Virus record (IMG/VR): IMGVR_UViG_3300032314_000362 | Location: 1 to 54,933 of that record | Source: a virus | Lineage: Duplodnaviria > Caudoviricetes | Length of the DNA stretch: 54,933 nucleotides | Reading direction: 5' to 3' (one strand) | Part shown: positions 18,728 through 29,268 of the stretch, one piece after another | How positions within the stretch are numbered: position 1 is the first letter of the stretch | Layout of the letters: the number at the start of each line of letters is the position of its first letter | Made by a program: the position numbers and the translations under genes | Notes under the pieces: model-generated | Told to the model about the DNA's origin: nothing | The model's database searches: none | The model's input: the letters and a program-made list of their open reading frames with translations, nothing else

Positions 18728-21700
18728 ATGGCTGATCGGCCAAGAGTCGTAGCACTGCAATACACATCTCAGGATTTTGGCAAAGTCATCGCTGAACTAG
18801 GGCGCATGAATGATGCCATGCGCGTGCAGTCTGACATTTTATCCTCCACCGCAGCACGGGTGGCCGCTTCTGCCAAAGCCCTAGCGAAATACGCCAAAGC
18901 CAATGACGCCGTTGCTCAATCGGTTGAAAAAGTTACCCGCGCCGAAAATAATGCCGCCGCACTGCGGCGGGCTGTATCAACTCAGATGCCTTCAGGTTTA
19001 GGCGCACGGGTATTTTCTCAAAGCCAAGACATACGCACGAAGCAAATGGCTCAAGCCGAATCTGATTTTAAGAAATTGCGCGCCGCCCAACAACCAACAA
19101 TCGTAGACAACGCTTTGAAAGGCTTAAGCCTAACGAAGCTAACCCCAAACCTAAACTTTGGCGGCATCCCTAACCAGTTACAAGCACTGGCAAAAGCGTT
19201 GGCGCTCACCAAAAAAGAGGCGGACGGCACAACCAAAGCCGTTAAAGGAACTGAGCAAGCGCTTAAAAAACTAGGCGATAGCTCGGAAGCCTCTGGTAAG
19301 AAGGTGCAACGCTTCAACCAGAACACCCAACAGGGCGCAAATGCTATGCGCTCGTTGATCGGCGGCGTCAAACTCGGTACGCAAGGTATCAATGGGTTTG
19401 GATTCGCGCTGGTCGGCGTGCTAAATCCATTCACCGCGTTAATCGCAGGCGTCACGGCGCTAACGGGTTTGATGGCACGCGGCGGAAATATGGAAGGTAT
19501 CTCACGCGGGTTCAAGCAAATTACGGCGGGCTTTGAACCGCCTAGCGAAGAATTTTTGCAATCGTTACGGGACGCTTCAAGCGGCACGATTGCTGACAAC
19601 GAACTTATGCGCCTCACGAATTTTGCGTTTGCAGGTGTAAACGATAAAGCGCTGAGTGAAGCTCTGCAAAGCGGATTGCCCGAACTGCTAAAAATCGCGC
19701 AGGTGCAATCCCAAACCACTGGGCAATCTGTAGATTATCTATTCCAAAGCCTTGTGACGGGCGTCCGTCGCGCCGAACCCCGCCTCATTGACAACGCAGG
19801 TTTAATCATTAAGCTCAGTGAGGCGCAAGCGGCATACGCGGCAGAAGTCGGGCTAAGTGTTGACCAATTCACATCGGCAGACCGCAGTATTGCTATTCTC
19901 AACGCCACTGTTGCCACAGGCTTGGCGGCGGTAGAAGCCGCTGGCGGGTCAATGGTCACAAACGCCATTCGCCAACAAGCCGTTCTCACCCAACTGACCA
20001 ACATCGCCAACCGCTTTGCGCTTGCCCTTCAGCCGATTTACAAGGTTCTGTTGGTAGGCGTAGGCGATGGGTTGAACTTTATACGCGGGCAAGCCGAAAG
20101 CGCCGCGCTTGAAATAGAAAAGTTCGGGGCGTATGTATCTTTTGTGTTCCCCGCCTTCCTAGAACTCGTTGCCCCGATGGGGAAATTAATCTACACCGCG
20201 CTAGTGATCCCGTTCCAGTTTTTGGGCGCGGTGGGCATGGCTACAATGGATGCCCTATTGGTATCCATGCAAACCGTTGGGGTATCGCTGGCTTCAATGG
20301 GTTCAGCGGCAGGCATTGGGAGCCAAGACCCGCAGGATGACCCTACGGCGGCAATTGACACTGCACGCGCAACGCAGGCGCAATTGGCTGGATTTACTAG
20401 CTTAGGGCTTGCCGCTGATACACTTTCGGCTCAAACACAGGCTGTATTCAAGAATATGGCCGACGGATTGGTATCAAGTTTTCGCACTGCCCTAGCAATC
20501 ACACTAAATGTATTCGGCCAGTTTAGTGCGACCATCCAAGCGCAATTAGCCCCGATGCAGCAGGCAAGCCGCGCTATCGGACAATCCCTCCAATTGGGAC
20601 TAGGCGCTATTGGCGGCGACCTACGGAATATGTTCCAAAATGGCGTGATGCTAGTTGCGTCATTAACAGTTGAATTTAACGAGCTCTACCTTGCCATTGC
20701 CCCATCTCTGATGGCAATGACAGAACTTATTGCCCCGATTGGCGAAGTCATGCGAATCGCATTCCAAGAGATTGTGGTTAGCTTCATTAGCCTAGCACAA
20801 GGGATGAACGATCTTATCGGCAATGGGGCGATGTTAACCAACATCTTCGTGACCCTAAGAAACATTGCTGTGCCAGTGATTCAGTTCATTGGTGGCGCAA
20901 TTCAGTTCGTGGGGCTAGTGGTTGAATCGGTTGCGCGTAGTTTTGGCCGAATTGGGGCAGTGCTTGATGTGGTGTTCACTCGGACGGGAACCCTTAGCGG
21001 GATGCTACAGAGCGTCTTTGGCGCGTTGCAAATGGCTGTTAAACCCGTCATGGCAATCCTGATTTCAATCGGCGCGCTGTTGGGTGGCGCGCTGATTGTA
21101 GCAGTCGGCGCGGCTGGCGCAGCTTTTGTCGGGCTATGGCAAGTGATTATGTTTATGGGGCAACCGCTTATAATGTTCGGGCAATGGTTGGTCGACGTTA
21201 TTAGCGGGGCAGTAGACTCGATACTAGGCTTTTTCGGCACTAGCATGGGCGAAATTATGTCTATCTGGAGCGGCTTGTTTGATGATATGGACACGCTTGG
21301 CGCGGCGCTGGCCATAGGCGCGGCTTCTTGGATGGGCGCAATGGTTGCGGGCATTCTGAGCGCAAAGACGCTCGTTATCAACGCAGTGGCGAGTATGGCA
21401 GAGGCGATTGCGTCGTTCCTTATCGGTGAATCCCCACCCCCAACCGGGCCGCTGTCAAAGATAGACGAGGGCGGGTATAACGTTGCGGCGGCGTGGATTG
21501 AGGGTTTTGCAGGCGTTAGTCTGATGCCCGTTGAAGAAGTTGCCGCCAATGTGAATTATGCGCTTGGCGATATTGGTAACTTCAACTATCAACAGGTGCA
21601 GGCGCGCCTGCTAGAACTTGATACAGCGCTGATCCCGTTCACAGATCAACTGGCTATCGCTCAATCGCGGCTGGATTCGCTCAAAAATCCGCTAGAAGAA

Positions 21701-23332
21701 ACCATTGGGCTGATTGAAGATCAACAGCGCGACATGCTCGCTTATCTGAATGAGGGCGACACAACCTACCTCAATCAGATCCGGCTGCTTGACCAACAGC
21801 GCGAAGGCTTGCGCCGCAATCTCAAAGAGCAAGAAAAGACCGTCAATCAGGCCAAGATACAGCTTACCCTAGCCAAAGCCCAGCAAGCCGAAGAAAAGGC
21901 ACTGCTAGAAATTCAAGCGGCTCGGTTAGGTGATCCCGAAGCAACCAAAACCGTAAGTGACCGTGCTGACAGTGCTGACCGTGCTGACCGTGCCGACGCC
22001 GCACTCGCTGGCAAAGCAGGAGATGGATCTACCCCGCCACGAGACACGCTTATGCCAAACCCTAAGGAAGCAAGCGGCGCGCTTATGCCTGCGGTTCCGT
22101 CGTTCTCCTTAGATCGCGCAGATAAGGGCGAAGTTGAAGATGCCCTTGACCCCACCCGTGAATTAATGGGTGAAATGGTAACAGAGGCTTTTCAGACTCC
22201 GATTGATGCGGCACTTGAGTCAGATGGACTTGCAACCGCACGGTTAACCGAAGCGACAACATCGCTTAAAACTGGGTTTGCAGGGCTAGGGGAGCGTATG
22301 GGGCAATCTTTCAAGCCGCTGACCGACCTTTTTGACTCAAACGCCGAAGGGAGCATCCAGAGCAAACTAAGTTCACTAGGTACGTGGATTACCAACTTTA
22401 ACCCATTCTCCGACATCGGAGGATGGGGCACTTCAGTTGAACAATGGGCATCAAACACATTTGACCCGCTTGTAGAAGGCTCAGTCGGATATAACATTTC
22501 ACGATTTGTCGTGCAAACGACGGGATTAGAAGAAATGTCAAATCCTTTTGCGTCATGGGGTGAATGGTTCGAGGATATGAGCACCAACACAGCGGGGGCT
22601 TTCGACCCAAATATTGAGGGTTCTTCGGCGAATGTGTTGCAAAACTTCTTCGCCGAAGATGGGGCATTAAAGGGACTCCTACAATTCGGCGTCGATGGGT
22701 TCATGGGTTTTGTGAGGAAAGTTTCGGCATCGTTTGGTGGGTTCGGCCCAATGATCTACGGGATGATCGGTAACGCCGTCGTTTCAATGGTCAATGGGTT
22801 GGCGGCGATTGTCAACGATGCTATTACAAAATTTGTTGAGGCCATCAATGCCCCGATCTTGGCTCTTAAAGGGATTCTTGCGCGATACCCCTCAACTGCG
22901 GGATTAGGCGCAAGCATCCCGACGTTAAACATTCAACCAGTGGCGTTCACAATCACTTTGCCTCCCTATCCCGGTGATATACCGGGGGGGGTTGGTGGCG
23001 GCGAAACAGGGTTACAGGCTACCCCGTTTGCACGCGGCGGTATAGCGTCTGCGGGCTTGATGCAAGTTGGCGAACAAGGTCGTGAGTACATTACAACCGC
23101 AAGCCGCACGGCGGTATTCCCCAACAGTTTTGTGACGGCGATTGAGAGCCTAGAACGCACTATGATCGCCTACAACGCGCCAACAATGGCTTATGGCGGC
23201 GGCGGGTACAACAACCAAGTGAGCGCCGATAATAGTATGCACGTCAATTTTAATGACCCGACAAGCAACCGCTCAACGGTGCAAATGTTGAATAATTCGC
23301 GCTTAAGTGGCACGTACAGAAGGGGGCGATAG
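18728..23332 (+). CDS. Tape measure protein
   Basis: 1534 aa, Ala/Gly-rich helical with hydrophobic stretches; C-terminal FARGG...VGEQGREY motif. Confidence 0.92.
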   Translation: MADRPRVVALQYTSQDFGKVIAELGRMNDAMRVQSDILSSTAARVAASAKALAKYAKANDAVAQSVEKVTRAENNAAALRRAVSTQMPSGLGARVFSQSQDIRTKQMAQAESDFKKLRAAQQPTIVDNALKGLSLTKLTPNLNFGGIPNQLQALAKALALTKKEADGTTKAVKGTEQALKKLGDSSEASGKKVQRFNQNTQQGANAMRSLIGGVKLGTQGINGFGFALVGVLNPFTALIAGVTALTGLMARGGNMEGISRGFKQITAGFEPPSEEFLQSLRDASSGTIADNELMRLTNFAFAGVNDKALSEALQSGLPELLKIAQVQSQTTGQSVDYLFQSLVTGVRRAEPRLIDNAGLIIKLSEAQAAYAAEVGLSVDQFTSADRSIAILNATVATGLAAVEAAGGSMVTNAIRQQAVLTQLTNIANRFALALQPIYKVLLVGVGDGLNFIRGQAESAALEIEKFGAYVSFVFPAFLELVAPMGKLIYTALVIPFQFLGAVGMATMDALLVSMQTVGVSLASMGSAAGIGSQDPQDDPTAAIDTARATQAQLAGFTSLGLAADTLSAQTQAVFKNMADGLVSSFRTALAITLNVFGQFSATIQAQLAPMQQASRAIGQSLQLGLGAIGGDLRNMFQNGVMLVASLTVEFNELYLAIAPSLMAMTELIAPIGEVMRIAFQEIVVSFISLAQGMNDLIGNGAMLTNIFVTLRNIAVPVIQFIGGAIQFVGLVVESVARSFGRIGAVLDVVFTRTGTLSGMLQSVFGALQMAVKPVMAILISIGALLGGALIVAVGAAGAAFVGLWQVIMFMGQPLIMFGQWLVDVISGAVDSILGFFGTSMGEIMSIWSGLFDDMDTLGAALAIGAASWMGAMVAGILSAKTLVINAVASMAEAIASFLIGESPPPTGPLSKIDEGGYNVAAAWIEGFAGVSLMPVEEVAANVNYALGDIGNFNYQQVQARLLELDTALIPFTDQLAIAQSRLDSLKNPLEETIGLIEDQQRDMLAYLNEGDTTYLNQIRLLDQQREGLRRNLKEQEKTVNQAKIQLTLAKAQQAEEKALLEIQAARLGDPEATKTVSDRADSADRADRADAALAGKAGDGSTPPRDTLMPNPKEASGALMPAVPSFSLDRADKGEVEDALDPTRELMGEMVTEAFQTPIDAALESDGLATARLTEATTSLKTGFAGLGERMGQSFKPLTDLFDSNAEGSIQSKLSSLGTWITNFNPFSDIGGWGTSVEQWASNTFDPLVEGSVGYNISRFVVQTTGLEEMSNPFASWGEWFEDMSTNTAGAFDPNIEGSSANVLQNFFAEDGALKGLLQFGVDGFMGFVRKVSASFGGFGPMIYGMIGNAVVSMVNGLAAIVNDAITKFVEAINAPILALKGILARYPSTAGLGASIPTLNIQPVAFTITLPPYPGDIPGGVGGGETGLQATPFARGGIASAGLMQVGEQGREYITTASRTAVFPNSFVTAIESLERTMIAYNAPTMAYGGGGYNNQVSADNSMHVNFNDPTSNRSTVQMLNNSRLSGTYRRGR

Positions 23333-24471
23333 TGCGAATCCAGTTGCGTATCTATGACCGATCTGGTGTGCTGGTAAAAATTCTTCAAAACGAAGAACTG
23401 ATTGCCATAAATTTTAGCGTGGTTTTGAATGACGTTGGGGTGTTGGCGTTTACGCTTCCTTACGATGAAAGCCGATACCCGCTCTCTATATTTCCGCTAG
23501 ACACGTTGGCGGAGGTCTACATTGAAAAAACGATAAGCGCCCAAGCGCTTAAGGTTGGCACGTACATGATTCGCCAAACGCAAATCTACCGTGAAAAGGG
23601 GCAACCGGGAGAATATCTTGTGTTCGGCGCGCTTGACCTGAATCACTTCCTTCACCGCCGCGTTATTGATCCCGCCGATGACCCTGTGGCCGCCGATAGT
23701 TTTGTGACCCGCGCAGGTGACGCCGTTCAAGTGATGCGGGATTACGCATACTACCAGTTGGGCGAAGGTGCAAGCGTTTCGCGGCGTATACCGGGATTAA
23801 CGGTGACAATGGTAGGCACAGGGCAATATGTTGCGGGGCGTTATCGCTACGATGATAATCTGTTTGATATTTTTGAAGAACTGTCATATAAAGGAAAAAG
23901 CGATTTTTACGTTCAGCGCACAACAGCCAATAATTTTGAGTTGGTCATCGGGCGGCGCGGAAGCGACAAAACGTATAGTGCCAATTTTCCCTTTGCCACC
24001 ACGCTTCCGGTGGTTTTTGACCCTAGACGCGGCAACCTGATTGACCCCGAACTAGAGATAGATCGCAGAGATGAAGTAACCTACTTTTACGGTATGGGGG
24101 AAGGGCAAAATGCAGGGCAAGATATTTACCGCTACCCGATGACAGCGCGCATTGACGATAGTCCCTATAACCGAATTGAAACGACAGCCGACACCGCAAA
24201 CGGCGACAACCAAGAATATACCATCCAGCGACTTATTACTGAAACGGTGCTTAAAGCAAATAAACTAGCGCCGAAACAAACTCTAAAATTTGAGTTGCCT
24301 TCGTACCTTGTCACGGCAGACTATAAAGTGATCTGGGATATTGGGGATGACGTTACCGTTTATTACAAAGATTTCCAGATTGATATGCGAATCCAGTCCG
24401 TTGAATTTAAGTTGGACGGGCGGAAAACTCCAACTGTAGAAGTTGAAATCAAGGAACGCCGCATTGAGTAA
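23332..24471 (+). CDS. Minor tail/hub protein (ReqiPepy6 Gp37-like)
   Basis: Follows the tape measure gene; LNDVG..F, YGMGEG, YNRIE and WDIGDDVTV motifs. Confidence 0.7.
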   Translation: MRIQLRIYDRSGVLVKILQNEELIAINFSVVLNDVGVLAFTLPYDESRYPLSIFPLDTLAEVYIEKTISAQALKVGTYMIRQTQIYREKGQPGEYLVFGALDLNHFLHRRVIDPADDPVAADSFVTRAGDAVQVMRDYAYYQLGEGASVSRRIPGLTVTMVGTGQYVAGRYRYDDNLFDIFEELSYKGKSDFYVQRTTANNFELVIGRRGSDKTYSANFPFATTLPVVFDPRRGNLIDPELEIDRRDEVTYFYGMGEGQNAGQDIYRYPMTARIDDSPYNRIETTADTANGDNQEYTIQRLITETVLKANKLAPKQTLKFELPSYLVTADYKVIWDIGDDVTVYYKDFQIDMRIQSVEFKLDGRKTPTVEVEIKERRIE

Positions 24472-24781
24472 CCAACAGGGCGCAACCGACCAAGTTGTAG
24501 ACTATACGTTTCAACTATTCCGACAGATGCAAGCGGATATTTATGCGCTAAAAAAAACACGCGAAACCGTTTCGCAGGCGAAACTTTCTATGCAAACGTA
24601 TGGACTCGCACAAGCTGAGTATGCCTATTTACCCACAGGGTCAAAGGGGGCGATGATTTTTGTTACCAACGGGCGAAAGCCTAGTGAAACCGCTGGGAAC
24701 GGTACTGGCGTTCACGCATTTTACAATGACGCTTCATCAACATGGCTCAGTCTCTACGATAATTTGGCGGTGACGATATGA
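24443..24781 (+). CDS. Minor tail protein, hypothetical
   Basis: Coupled ORF within the tail module. Confidence 0.55.
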   Translation: MKSRNAALSNQQGATDQVVDYTFQLFRQMQADIYALKKTRETVSQAKLSMQTYGLAQAEYAYLPTGSKGAMIFVTNGRKPSETAGNGTGVHAFYNDASSTWLSLYDNLAVTI

Positions 24782-25659
24782 GTGGGACAACGCAATCGTT
24801 AGAGTTCTATAATAAGTACGGCACGCGATTGGCCGCCGATCAGGGCTATTTTGGGGTCGTTGAGGACGCAGCCTATGGCGCGCCGCCGCTGACGATACAG
24901 GCCGAGCCTAACAGCGGTACGTATGGGGCTAGAGTGCTATCGTTTGCCGCTGAAGCTAGGCCGCTGGTCTATCAAATTAAGTACGGGAATCCGTCGCAAG
25001 GGACAACGATTTATTATGCAACGCGCAAAGCCCTGATGGATTTTTTTACCGTATGGGGCGCGCCGTTTCGTGTGATAAAGACATTGCCGAACGGACGGCG
25101 CTATGAGTTGCGTGATGTCTACCCAGAACCGGGCATTACGCTAGAATCCGAAGCAACCAATACTGACGGAATTATTGTCACGGGGATGACGTTGACGGCC
25201 TACAACCCGATCTGGCGCGCCACAACCCCCACGACGGTTCAAGTTACATCGTTCAATCCAGAACAAATGGTATACGAGAAATCTTATCCCGCTTACTACG
25301 AAGGTGCTGACACGGGGAGTATTACGCCCATCGTTTATAGCGGGAACTGGCCTGCTTATCCGACGATGCGAATCTATGCCCCATTCACATCGGCTATACT
25401 AACAAACCAATTCGGCAATATTTTGGCGTTTTATATCAGTACCTCTACAGATCGCATTGTCTCGTTTAATCCCTATGACGGGTTCTCAGTTGTTGACCCT
25501 GATGGGACAAACAAACTTGGCGAGCTAACTATTTCTAGCACATTTGAGGGTTTCGCTATGTTCCCCGGTGAAACTTACAATCTAAGATTTTCGGTGTCAG
25601 GATCATCAAGCAATACAGTGCTAGACCTGACTTATTATGAACAGTTCATCGGTTTGTGA
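24778..25659 (+). CDS. Distal tail protein (Dit-like)
   Basis: LTAYNPIWR, YSGNWPAYPTMRI and FPGETYNL, typical of siphovirus Dit. Confidence 0.65.
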   Translation: MSGTTQSLEFYNKYGTRLAADQGYFGVVEDAAYGAPPLTIQAEPNSGTYGARVLSFAAEARPLVYQIKYGNPSQGTTIYYATRKALMDFFTVWGAPFRVIKTLPNGRRYELRDVYPEPGITLESEATNTDGIIVTGMTLTAYNPIWRATTPTTVQVTSFNPEQMVYEKSYPAYYEGADTGSITPIVYSGNWPAYPTMRIYAPFTSAILTNQFGNILAFYISTSTDRIVSFNPYDGFSVVDPDGTNKLGELTISSTFEGFAMFPGETYNLRFSVSGSSSNTVLDLTYYEQFIGL

Positions 25660-25687
25660 TACAATCGTAGGTAATAGGAGAATGTAA

Positions 25688-26761
25688 ATGACGCAACGCT
25701 CTGGCTGGTTCAACAAAACAAACACAGGGGACGCAATAGCACACGCAGCGCAGATAGATGCCTTGCTTATCAATGCCATGTACCGCAACCCCCTCGAAAC
25801 CAATAATAAGGCACGCGGGCATTTCCCGCTAACTGGAGCCAGCGCTACTACAGACCCGCTAAACGTCACGCAGTCCACTGTTCCAGCGATGACCGTACAG
25901 GTTAACGTCGGCGCGGCATTGCTCGATGGGCATTGGTATCACAATGACGCCGCTGAAACGCTTAGCATTGCCAACAACAGCACGGGCGCAACGCGCTACG
26001 ATTCAGTGGTACTACAGTTCGTCGCCGCTACACCCTCGATCCGGCTTGTGGTTAAAACTGGAACAGCATCGCCCCCGACGCTCACCGACACGATTGCTTA
26101 TAGCTTGACTTCTGCGGTCACGGGCGTACTAGAATGGGAGATTGCGCGAATTACCGTTGCAAATGCCGCATCTTCTATCGTCAACGCAAACATTAACACC
26201 AGCTACAATATCCCCTTGCAAAGTTCGCTTTATCAAGTTAAGACCACTGCAAGCAGTAACGCCCCCTCCACCTTTGCGGCGCTTTGGGGATCGCTTCAAC
26301 AGCGTAAGGCAACACCGCTGCTCGTCGTAAAATATACCGACCAGAGCGCAATCTTTTTCAGTACCGATCAAGGTACAAATTGGTTAGAGCTAAAAAACGG
26401 CTTGAATATCCCTTCGGCTAGTCTTAACAACGGCTCTGGGTCAGTGACCCCCTCAACGTCAGAAGTAACGGTTGTTTCAACGTCTATTACCGCAACAGGG
26501 CGTAGCAAGGTTTTAATCACATGGTTTATTGATTTTTACAACACAGTATCGGGGACTACCACGATTCGATTTAAGCATGGGTCAACGACTATAGTCACCT
26601 ATGTAATTCCTGATCTAGTGCAACTTCAATTCGCACAGTCTTGTATCATTGCTGCCCCTGCTGCGGGTTCGCTTACGGCCTCAATAACAATTCAAAAGAC
26701 AACCGCAAACGGGGTCTTTAGCTACAACTTGGCAAACATTACGATAGCAGAGTTAGGGTAA
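25688..26761 (+). CDS. Tail tip / receptor-binding protein
   Basis: MTVQVNVGAALLDG...RYDSVVL...EWEIARITV N-terminal baseplate-attachment region and a beta-rich C-terminus; TGnTACAAT upstream at about 25657-25665. Confidence 0.6.
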   Translation: MTQRSGWFNKTNTGDAIAHAAQIDALLINAMYRNPLETNNKARGHFPLTGASATTDPLNVTQSTVPAMTVQVNVGAALLDGHWYHNDAAETLSIANNSTGATRYDSVVLQFVAATPSIRLVVKTGTASPPTLTDTIAYSLTSAVTGVLEWEIARITVANAASSIVNANINTSYNIPLQSSLYQVKTTASSNAPSTFAALWGSLQQRKATPLLVVKYTDQSAIFFSTDQGTNWLELKNGLNIPSASLNNGSGSVTPSTSEVTVVSTSITATGRSKVLITWFIDFYNTVSGTTTIRFKHGSTTIVTYVIPDLVQLQFAQSCIIAAPAAGSLTASITIQKTTANGVFSYNLANITIAELG

Positions 26762-26766
26762 TCTTT

Positions 26767-27066
26767 ATGCCAGAACACATCATTCAACACCCCGCACAGG
26801 GGTTAAGGCTGGGGGGGTATCCCTTTACGCATGGCGGCTACTATAATGCGGCGGGGAGCTATGTGGTTGCGGCAGACACACAAGAACATCTTAATCAAAT
26901 TTTGGCAGACATTGAAGCCGATACCCTGCCCTTGCCAGCGTTTCAGGAGGATGCAACGGACGCGCTCTTGGCTGAAACTGCGTTGGCATTGCTAGACTCA
27001 GATGCTAGGATAGACGAACTTGAAGCCATCGTAGCGGCATTGGCCGCAGAAAGTTTGGGGCAATAA
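26767..27066 (+). CDS. Hypothetical protein (XkdW-like position)
   Basis: Follows the tail tip gene; C-terminal coiled coil. Confidence 0.5.
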   Translation: MPEHIIQHPAQGLRLGGYPFTHGGYYNAAGSYVVAADTQEHLNQILADIEADTLPLPAFQEDATDALLAETALALLDSDARIDELEAIVAALAAESLGQ

Positions 27067-27203
27067 TGGTCTGGTTTAATGCAATCAAGCGTTGGTACGT
27101 ATCCGGCAAGTGGTCGGCAGAACAAGTGCAGAGAGCCGTGTCGCGTGCTTGGATCACGCAGGCGCAAGCCGATGAAATTCTAGCCCTAGAGGTGACGAAC
27201 TGA
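27066..27203 (+). CDS. XkdX-like small protein (MVWFNAIKRWYVSGKWSAEQVQRAVSRAWITQAQADEILALEVTN)
   Basis: 45 aa, absent from the ORF track; TAATG and TGATG coupling at both ends; matches the XkdX pattern IKxxY..G.W....V..AV....IT..E..EI. Confidence 0.75.
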   Translation: MVWFNAIKRWYVSGKWSAEQVQRAVSRAWITQAQADEILALEVTN

Positions 27204-27730
27204 TGGCCGCCACCCTCAAGCAAGCCGCAAGGGGAACCCCGCGTGTTTGGCGCGGGGTTCCCCGACTGCTGGATTACGCCGTCATGTTGGTGGACAAGGC
27301 CGAATCACATCTCATCTTTGCCGCGTTTTACCTCGTGGCATCGCTACTGTTTACGATCCTACAGTTCACTTTACCGCCAACAGTAACGACAGGGCTGGAC
27401 GCAATCCAACAGGTGTTTGGAATCCCCTACTGGGTCACAGTGGCAGTGTTTCAGTTTTGTGGCTTCCTGTTGGCACAACGACGCAACCATTACGTCTACA
27501 TGGCCTGCGTTGCCCCTTCTATCCTCTACGCGGTTGGGCTGGGGTATGGGACTTGGGCGGGGATCATCAACGCGCTAGGGAGCGTAGCAACGCTCTATGT
27601 GTTGACGTTGGCTGCTTTGGGGTTAAAATCCATCCGCGCAGAATTTCAATATGCCGCCGTGCGAGAGTCCCTGAACCTTGCCAACGAACGTTTAGCAAAG
27701 TTGGAGGTTCCGATTGACCCAAATTCGTGA
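27203..27730 (+). CDS. Multi-pass membrane protein (holin candidate)
   Basis: About four hydrophobic segments, at the usual lysis-cassette position. Confidence 0.55.
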   Translation: MAATLKQAARGTPRVWRGVPRLLDYAVMLVDKAESHLIFAAFYLVASLLFTILQFTLPPTVTTGLDAIQQVFGIPYWVTVAVFQFCGFLLAQRRNHYVYMACVAPSILYAVGLGYGTWAGIINALGSVATLYVLTLAALGLKSIRAEFQYAAVRESLNLANERLAKLEVPIDPNS

Positions 27731-27989
27731 TGAATGGCAGTGGATCACCGACCTATTCAACGCACTCCCATCAGGCTTGCGGGTTGTGTTTGTTGTGGCG
27801 GTTGCCTTTTTCATTGCGGCCTATTTTGCTGGGGCGGAGGATGAACAGAGCGCACGCTTATCGGACTATGCCCAACATCAACGAAAGGCTGACAGGCGCA
27901 TTGCCGAACTCGAAGAACAAGTTCAATCGTTACATGATAAGATAGAGCGTAAAGAAAACGAGAGGAACAACAAAAAGCATGAGCAATAG
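27714..27989 (+). CDS. Single-TM coiled-coil membrane protein
   Basis: GGAGG SD before TTG; one transmembrane segment followed by a coiled coil. Confidence 0.55.
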   Translation: MTQIRDEWQWITDLFNALPSGLRVVFVVAVAFFIAAYFAGAEDEQSARLSDYAQHQRKADRRIAELEEQVQSLHDKIERKENERNNKKHEQ

Positions 27990-28413
27990 ACTGGCAATTC
28001 TCATCATTGTAATCGTGGCATTGTGCGCCGCTTCCCGTGCGCTCGCACAAGATGAAATCACCCCAGTGGTCGCCGTTGACCCCACTAGCGCAGTGAATGA
28101 TGCTTTAGTGGAAGCCCCCTCAGCGACCCCCGACGCGATCCTGTCTCCAACGGACATTCGCAACGTCGTGTTTGCCGTTGTCGGCGCGCTGGTGACGATT
28201 GTGCTTGCGGGCGGGGTTGGGCTATTCGGAATCGTTAACAGCACCCTGAAAGAAAATTCCAAACTGGCGAACCAAGCCTACCATTCACTGCCAATTACTA
28301 CGGCGACGAAGGACTTTATTCAAGGGATTGTGATTGCCGTAGATGAGTTTACAGACAGGGCGGTAGAAATCACCGCCGATCTTGACAAAGAAGATCAAGA
28401 CCCGCTAACGTAG
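27979..28413 (+). CDS. Membrane protein with a signal peptide and one further TM segment
   Basis: N-terminal hydrophobic signal ending in ALA-Q; second TM VVFAVVGALVTIVLAGGVGLF. Confidence 0.6.
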   Translation: MSNRLAILIIVIVALCAASRALAQDEITPVVAVDPTSAVNDALVEAPSATPDAILSPTDIRNVVFAVVGALVTIVLAGGVGLFGIVNSTLKENSKLANQAYHSLPITTATKDFIQGIVIAVDEFTDRAVEITADLDKEDQDPLT

Positions 28414-29250
28414 CACTTCAATCCGCAGGCTAATGTTTTTCCCTAGCAGTCCCCCTACTGAAGCATGAGGACGGATGATAATTTCGCCGTCCTCAGTTGT
28501 TGTCACAGTCGCCGTCATCAGCATTACATCAAACTTGTCCTGATAGGCTTCTCGCAGATGACGCCGTTGGGCTTCATCCAGCATTTTCTGCCAGTCGGCA
28601 GGCGTTGATAGCCGTATCGGAATAGATTGCCCAGACTCGAAGTTTAGTTGCCCATCCTCTACGGCGTCCCGAAACGTTTGGGTCTGGGTGTGATCTGCCA
28701 GCATCAGAATTAGTGCAGGGTCGGAAAGCTGCCAGCGAGTCACGGCCTCACCGAGCGAAGCATTGCGATTCATCGCCGCCGCAATTTGCGCCGCCTGCCT
28801 GACCGCTATGCTTCCGTCTATCACAGATTCCATAACGTGCGCTGGAACCGTTGCCGCCGCGTGGACGAATTCCCTGTTGATGGATTGAGAGGGCATTTGA
28901 CTAGCCGCCTCTAAAACGCGCTCCCGTTGCTCTACGGTCATCGTCGTGCCGCTATAGGCATATGCCCCATTGAGCGATAGCCGTTCGCCTAGCAGCCCAA
29001 TGGCATCGCCGCCACGCTTTGCCACGCGCATGTAATTTTGTGCGGTTGTGGTGGATAAGCGTAGCTCTGACTGCACCCATCGTTGAAATAGCTTGTTGTC
29101 GTCATGCAAAACACGTTTCGCTTCCGACAACAGTATGCCGATTTCAACGATGGTAGACACTACTGCCCCATGTAGGGGCAGGATTCGGGCTTTATATTCG
29201 TCTAGTTTGGCTTGTTGGTCTGATGTGATGATACTAGAGGCTTCAATCAC
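28405..29250 (-). CDS. DUF3102-like DNA-associated protein
   Basis: IVEIGILLSEAKRVL...FQRWV...STTTAQNYMRVA pattern. Confidence 0.65.
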   Translation of the reverse strand: MIEASSIITSDQQAKLDEYKARILPLHGAVVSTIVEIGILLSEAKRVLHDDNKLFQRWVQSELRLSTTTAQNYMRVAKRGGDAIGLLGERLSLNGAYAYSGTTMTVEQRERVLEAASQMPSQSINREFVHAAATVPAHVMESVIDGSIAVRQAAQIAAAMNRNASLGEAVTRWQLSDPALILMLADHTQTQTFRDAVEDGQLNFESGQSIPIRLSTPADWQKMLDEAQRRHLREAYQDKFDVMLMTATVTTTEDGEIIIRPHASVGGLLGKNISLRIEVLR

Positions 29251-29268
29251 GGACTGGTATCTTTCGTT

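Noticed and set aside
21957-21998. 9-bp repeat (CCGTGCTGA-like) in the tape measure gene
   Set aside because: A short in-frame slippage repeat (DRADSADRADRAD) in a linker, with no evidence of a separate function.
19051-22704. Long antisense ORFs inside the tape measure gene (222, 215 and 170 aa)
   Set aside because: These are shadow frames of an Ala/Gly-rich gene with no independent signals.
25688-26761. Diversity-generating retroelement or invertible tail-fibre cassette
   Set aside because: No reverse transcriptase, invertase or template/variable repeat pair was seen.
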